Of a stretch of 64,000 nucleotides of DNA, positions 61,840 to 64,000 are shown one piece after another. A program made the translations under genes and the position numbers. The first letter of the stretch is position 1. Each line of letters opens with the position of its first letter. The stretch comes from Candidatus Poribacteria bacterium (lineage in GTDB: Bacteria > Poribacteria > WGA-4E > PCPOR2b). Location of the stretch: assembly GCA_965198175.1 (NCBI GenBank), contig OZ240245.1, positions 4,576,001 to 4,640,000 on the forward strand, in the 5' to 3' direction. The notes under the pieces were generated by a model. The model was not told where the DNA came from, did no database searches, and saw only the letters and a list, made by a program, of their open reading frames with translations.

Positions 61840-62351
61840 GATTGACGATTATATTGTCCGTCATCTTAATGTTGGGGGCTTGCGGCGATGAATCTGTTGT
61901 TGATGAGCCCCCAACTACTCCTGACACAAACCTAATCGTTCCCGGACAGAGTGCTGCGGGAATTAGCTTGGGAGATGACTATCTGTTGCTTATAGGTAAG
62001 CAACTAACCCCTCCAGTCGAAAGCGAATTTGATAGTGAATTGCGAATCTGGAAGGATAAATGGAATGACGGCTTAACACTTTATGTTGATGAACAATATA
62101 AAATCTACCGAATAATCCTGCGAGCAACTCACACGGCAAAAACTGCTGGAGGTAACGGAATAGGCAGTACCCGTGATGAAGTCAAAGCCGAGTTTACAGC
62201 ACATACCTTTAATTCAGGTCAATCTGCCACAGACGGTAGGGGTACGATAACTGAATACTGGGAAGAAGCAGGTATTGAGTTTGAATACTGGATAGATAAT
62301 TGGACTGTATCGCAGATAATGATTTTACCTAAAGTGGTTTATCCAAAGTAA
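61836..62351 (+). CDS. Lipoprotein, paralog A
   Basis: Lipobox LGAC; LIVPGQSAAGISLGDD, GGNGIGST. Confidence 0.8.
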   Translation: MRLTIILSVILMLGACGDESVVDEPPTTPDTNLIVPGQSAAGISLGDDYLLLIGKQLTPPVESEFDSELRIWKDKWNDGLTLYVDEQYKIYRIILRATHTAKTAGGNGIGSTRDEVKAEFTAHTFNSGQSATDGRGTITEYWEEAGIEFEYWIDNWTVSQIMILPKVVYPK

Positions 62352-62430
62352 ACTTTAGCTTATAAGCCTACCAGCGGTGAGTTATAGTTTCAGTAGCCTT
62401 CTCACTGCATTTTGCAAAAGGAGGACAACA

Positions 62431-62970
62431 ATGAAAGTGTTACTCATGCTATCGGTTATAACCATCGCCGTAGTCGCTTGTGGCGATGATGATGAAATAG
62501 ACCAGAGTGTCCTTCACTCTTTAATCGTGCCGGGAGAAGAAATCGCAGGCATTAAGCTAGGCGATGATTTAGAGAAAGTAACGGACCTATACGGCGATCC
62601 AATCCTTGAATTTAGACCTGAGTGGTATAATGCTGACAATTCTGATTGGGAATACGCTCACGACTGGAGTGATATTGGCGTAACTGTATTTTTTAATCGC
62701 ACTGGTAAGGCGGTAGAAATAGGGGTACGGACGCCAAATCGTTCATATACCGAAGGTGGGAATGGCATTGGTAGCACTTGGGAAGAGGTAGATGATGAAT
62801 TTGGTGAAATAGGCAAGTTACATATCACTTCAGGTCAGGGTGGCGTATATTTCGGTGATGGTGGTAGAACAGATTATTTCGATGCTTACGAGGATTTAGG
62901 AATTGAATTTAGATATTCAATTACGCCTTTCAAAGTGGTGCAAATAGTAATCTTTAATCGAGATAGATAA
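62431..62970 (+). CDS. Lipoprotein, paralog B
   Basis: Lipobox VVAC; LIVPGEEIAGIKLGDD, GGNGIGST. Confidence 0.8.
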   Translation: MKVLLMLSVITIAVVACGDDDEIDQSVLHSLIVPGEEIAGIKLGDDLEKVTDLYGDPILEFRPEWYNADNSDWEYAHDWSDIGVTVFFNRTGKAVEIGVRTPNRSYTEGGNGIGSTWEEVDDEFGEIGKLHITSGQGGVYFGDGGRTDYFDAYEDLGIEFRYSITPFKVVQIVIFNRDR

Positions 62971-62989
62971 TAGGCTAAACCTTACAAAG

Positions 62990-63250
62990 TGAAACAAAAA
63001 AGCTAGCCCGTGGAAACATCAACTCTCTTTGAATCCTACGACAAGCAATCTAACGACTATAGTGCGCAGATAGCTCAACTGGAACAACACGTTGGGATCA
63101 AACGAACGAATAGTGAGTGCGATAGAGATCCGTATTGAGTTTGGCGTTGGACATCCAAAATAAAGCCTCGACTTGGCTCAATTGAATCGGTCTCAAAAGC
63201 GACAGATGGTTGACGCTTTGCACACCGATTACTCGGTTCGACGCAGTTGA
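62990..63250 (+). mobile_element. IS3-family remnant (orfA end / orfB start)
   Basis: STLFESYDKQSNDYSAQIAQLEQHVG...LALDIQNKASTWLN* followed by QKRQMVDALHTDYSVR. Confidence 0.55.
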
Positions 63251-63579
63251 AACCTGACTAAATTGCCAAGGTCTTCCACATTATATCTCATTCATTCCTG
63301 TCCAAAGAATGGGGGTAAGTTCACTTCCGACAGATTTTAAATACAATCATTTGGTTGTCGTACTTGACGAAGATACAGCACCTCTCGCCAGCGATGAACT
63401 AATGCTCAAGGTTTCACGCCTAGAATGTAAGCGTTTAGAACGCTGCTCGGATTGTCGAGAAGCAGACCGCATGTGCCGCCATCGGAATCTTCTTTTCAAT
63501 TTGACTGTAATTCTATCATAGTCTTGGTTTAGACACTCGTCTAAATTGCCGATGGCAGTACATTCGATCTTGAGGATAA

Positions 63580-64000
63580 TCAATTAGCCTTCTGCAAGGC
63601 GATCATTGATTGTCTATATGCCTCCGGTACGCCGATGTCAAAACACTTGCCTTTGACAAGATAACCCGAAAACCCCTCCTCTTGCCGCAACTTGTCGAGG
63701 CAAGAGGTCAACTGAAATTCTCCTCGCTCGCGGACGTTATGGGTGATATGTTCTTCCAGATAGTGGAAGATATTTGGTGTGATGACATACTGACCGAATA
63801 GGGTTAGGAAAAGATTGGCTTCCAGTCCTTCCACATGAAGATGTTCTTGAGCATAATTGATATCAGGTTTTTCGTAGAACGCCGTCACCGAAAGCAGAGA
63901 ACCCCGCTCTTGCCAAATTCCGTTAACACAACCGAACTTGTGAAGTTCTGATTCGGGTGTGATTTTCAATCCAACCACGCTGTGCCCTACACGATCGTAT
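63580..64000 (-). CDS. galU: UTP-glucose-1-phosphate uridylyltransferase-like (partial, runs off the window)
   Basis: FYEKP, GQYVITPNIF, GEFQLT, FDIG. Confidence 0.75.
   Translation of the reverse strand, partial: YDRVGHSVVGLKITPESELHKFGCVNGIWQERGSLLSVTAFYEKPDINYAQEHLHVEGLEANLFLTLFGQYVITPNIFHYLEEHITHNVRERGEFQLTSCLDKLRQEEGFSGYLVKGKCFDIGVPEAYRQSMIALQKAN

Noticed and set aside
1..64000. tRNA or rRNA genes; genome-wide UGA recoding
   Set aside because: No tRNA or rRNA recognised. TGA ends many ordinary genes (e.g. pdxJ, hslU), so the two internal TGAs are best explained by Sec.

Overview
Bacterial chromosomal window, most likely from Candidatus Poribacteria. That assignment is an inference from a secreted protein ending in a PAAP...TTTWAAIK motif, the QRD[KR]FGEIECT protein family and the Firmicutes-like ylxM-ffh-rpsP order. 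About 1-35.9 kb and 49-57.7 kb are housekeeping: ispG, thrC-like, pdxJ, rnpA-yidD-yidC-jag-mnmE, a SUF cluster, moaA, hslVU, ylxM-ffh-rpsP-khpA-ylqD-trmD-rplS and hisC. Two genes split by the ORF track are probably exported selenoproteins (W-U-x-x-C with a SECIS-like hairpin). The 35.9-48.9 kb stretch is a decaying accessory island. It holds three dispersed copies of a ~290-bp non-coding element with 94-bp internal periodicity, each upstream of a minus-strand RBS. It also holds three paralogous glycine-rich repeat proteins, an AlbA_2/Schlafen protein, a DUF4268 protein, a J-domain protein, an IS701 copy inside a reconstructable gene, REP/MITE-like elements, three single-stop pseudogenes and a promoter/terminator-bounded candidate sRNA. 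The right end carries an NtrC-type activator with only a histidine-kinase stub, a sigma-54 promoter with enhancer-like palindromes, an operon of novel secreted proteins and lipoproteins, an IS3 remnant and a partial galU. All calls come from reading the sequence by eye; no searches were run.
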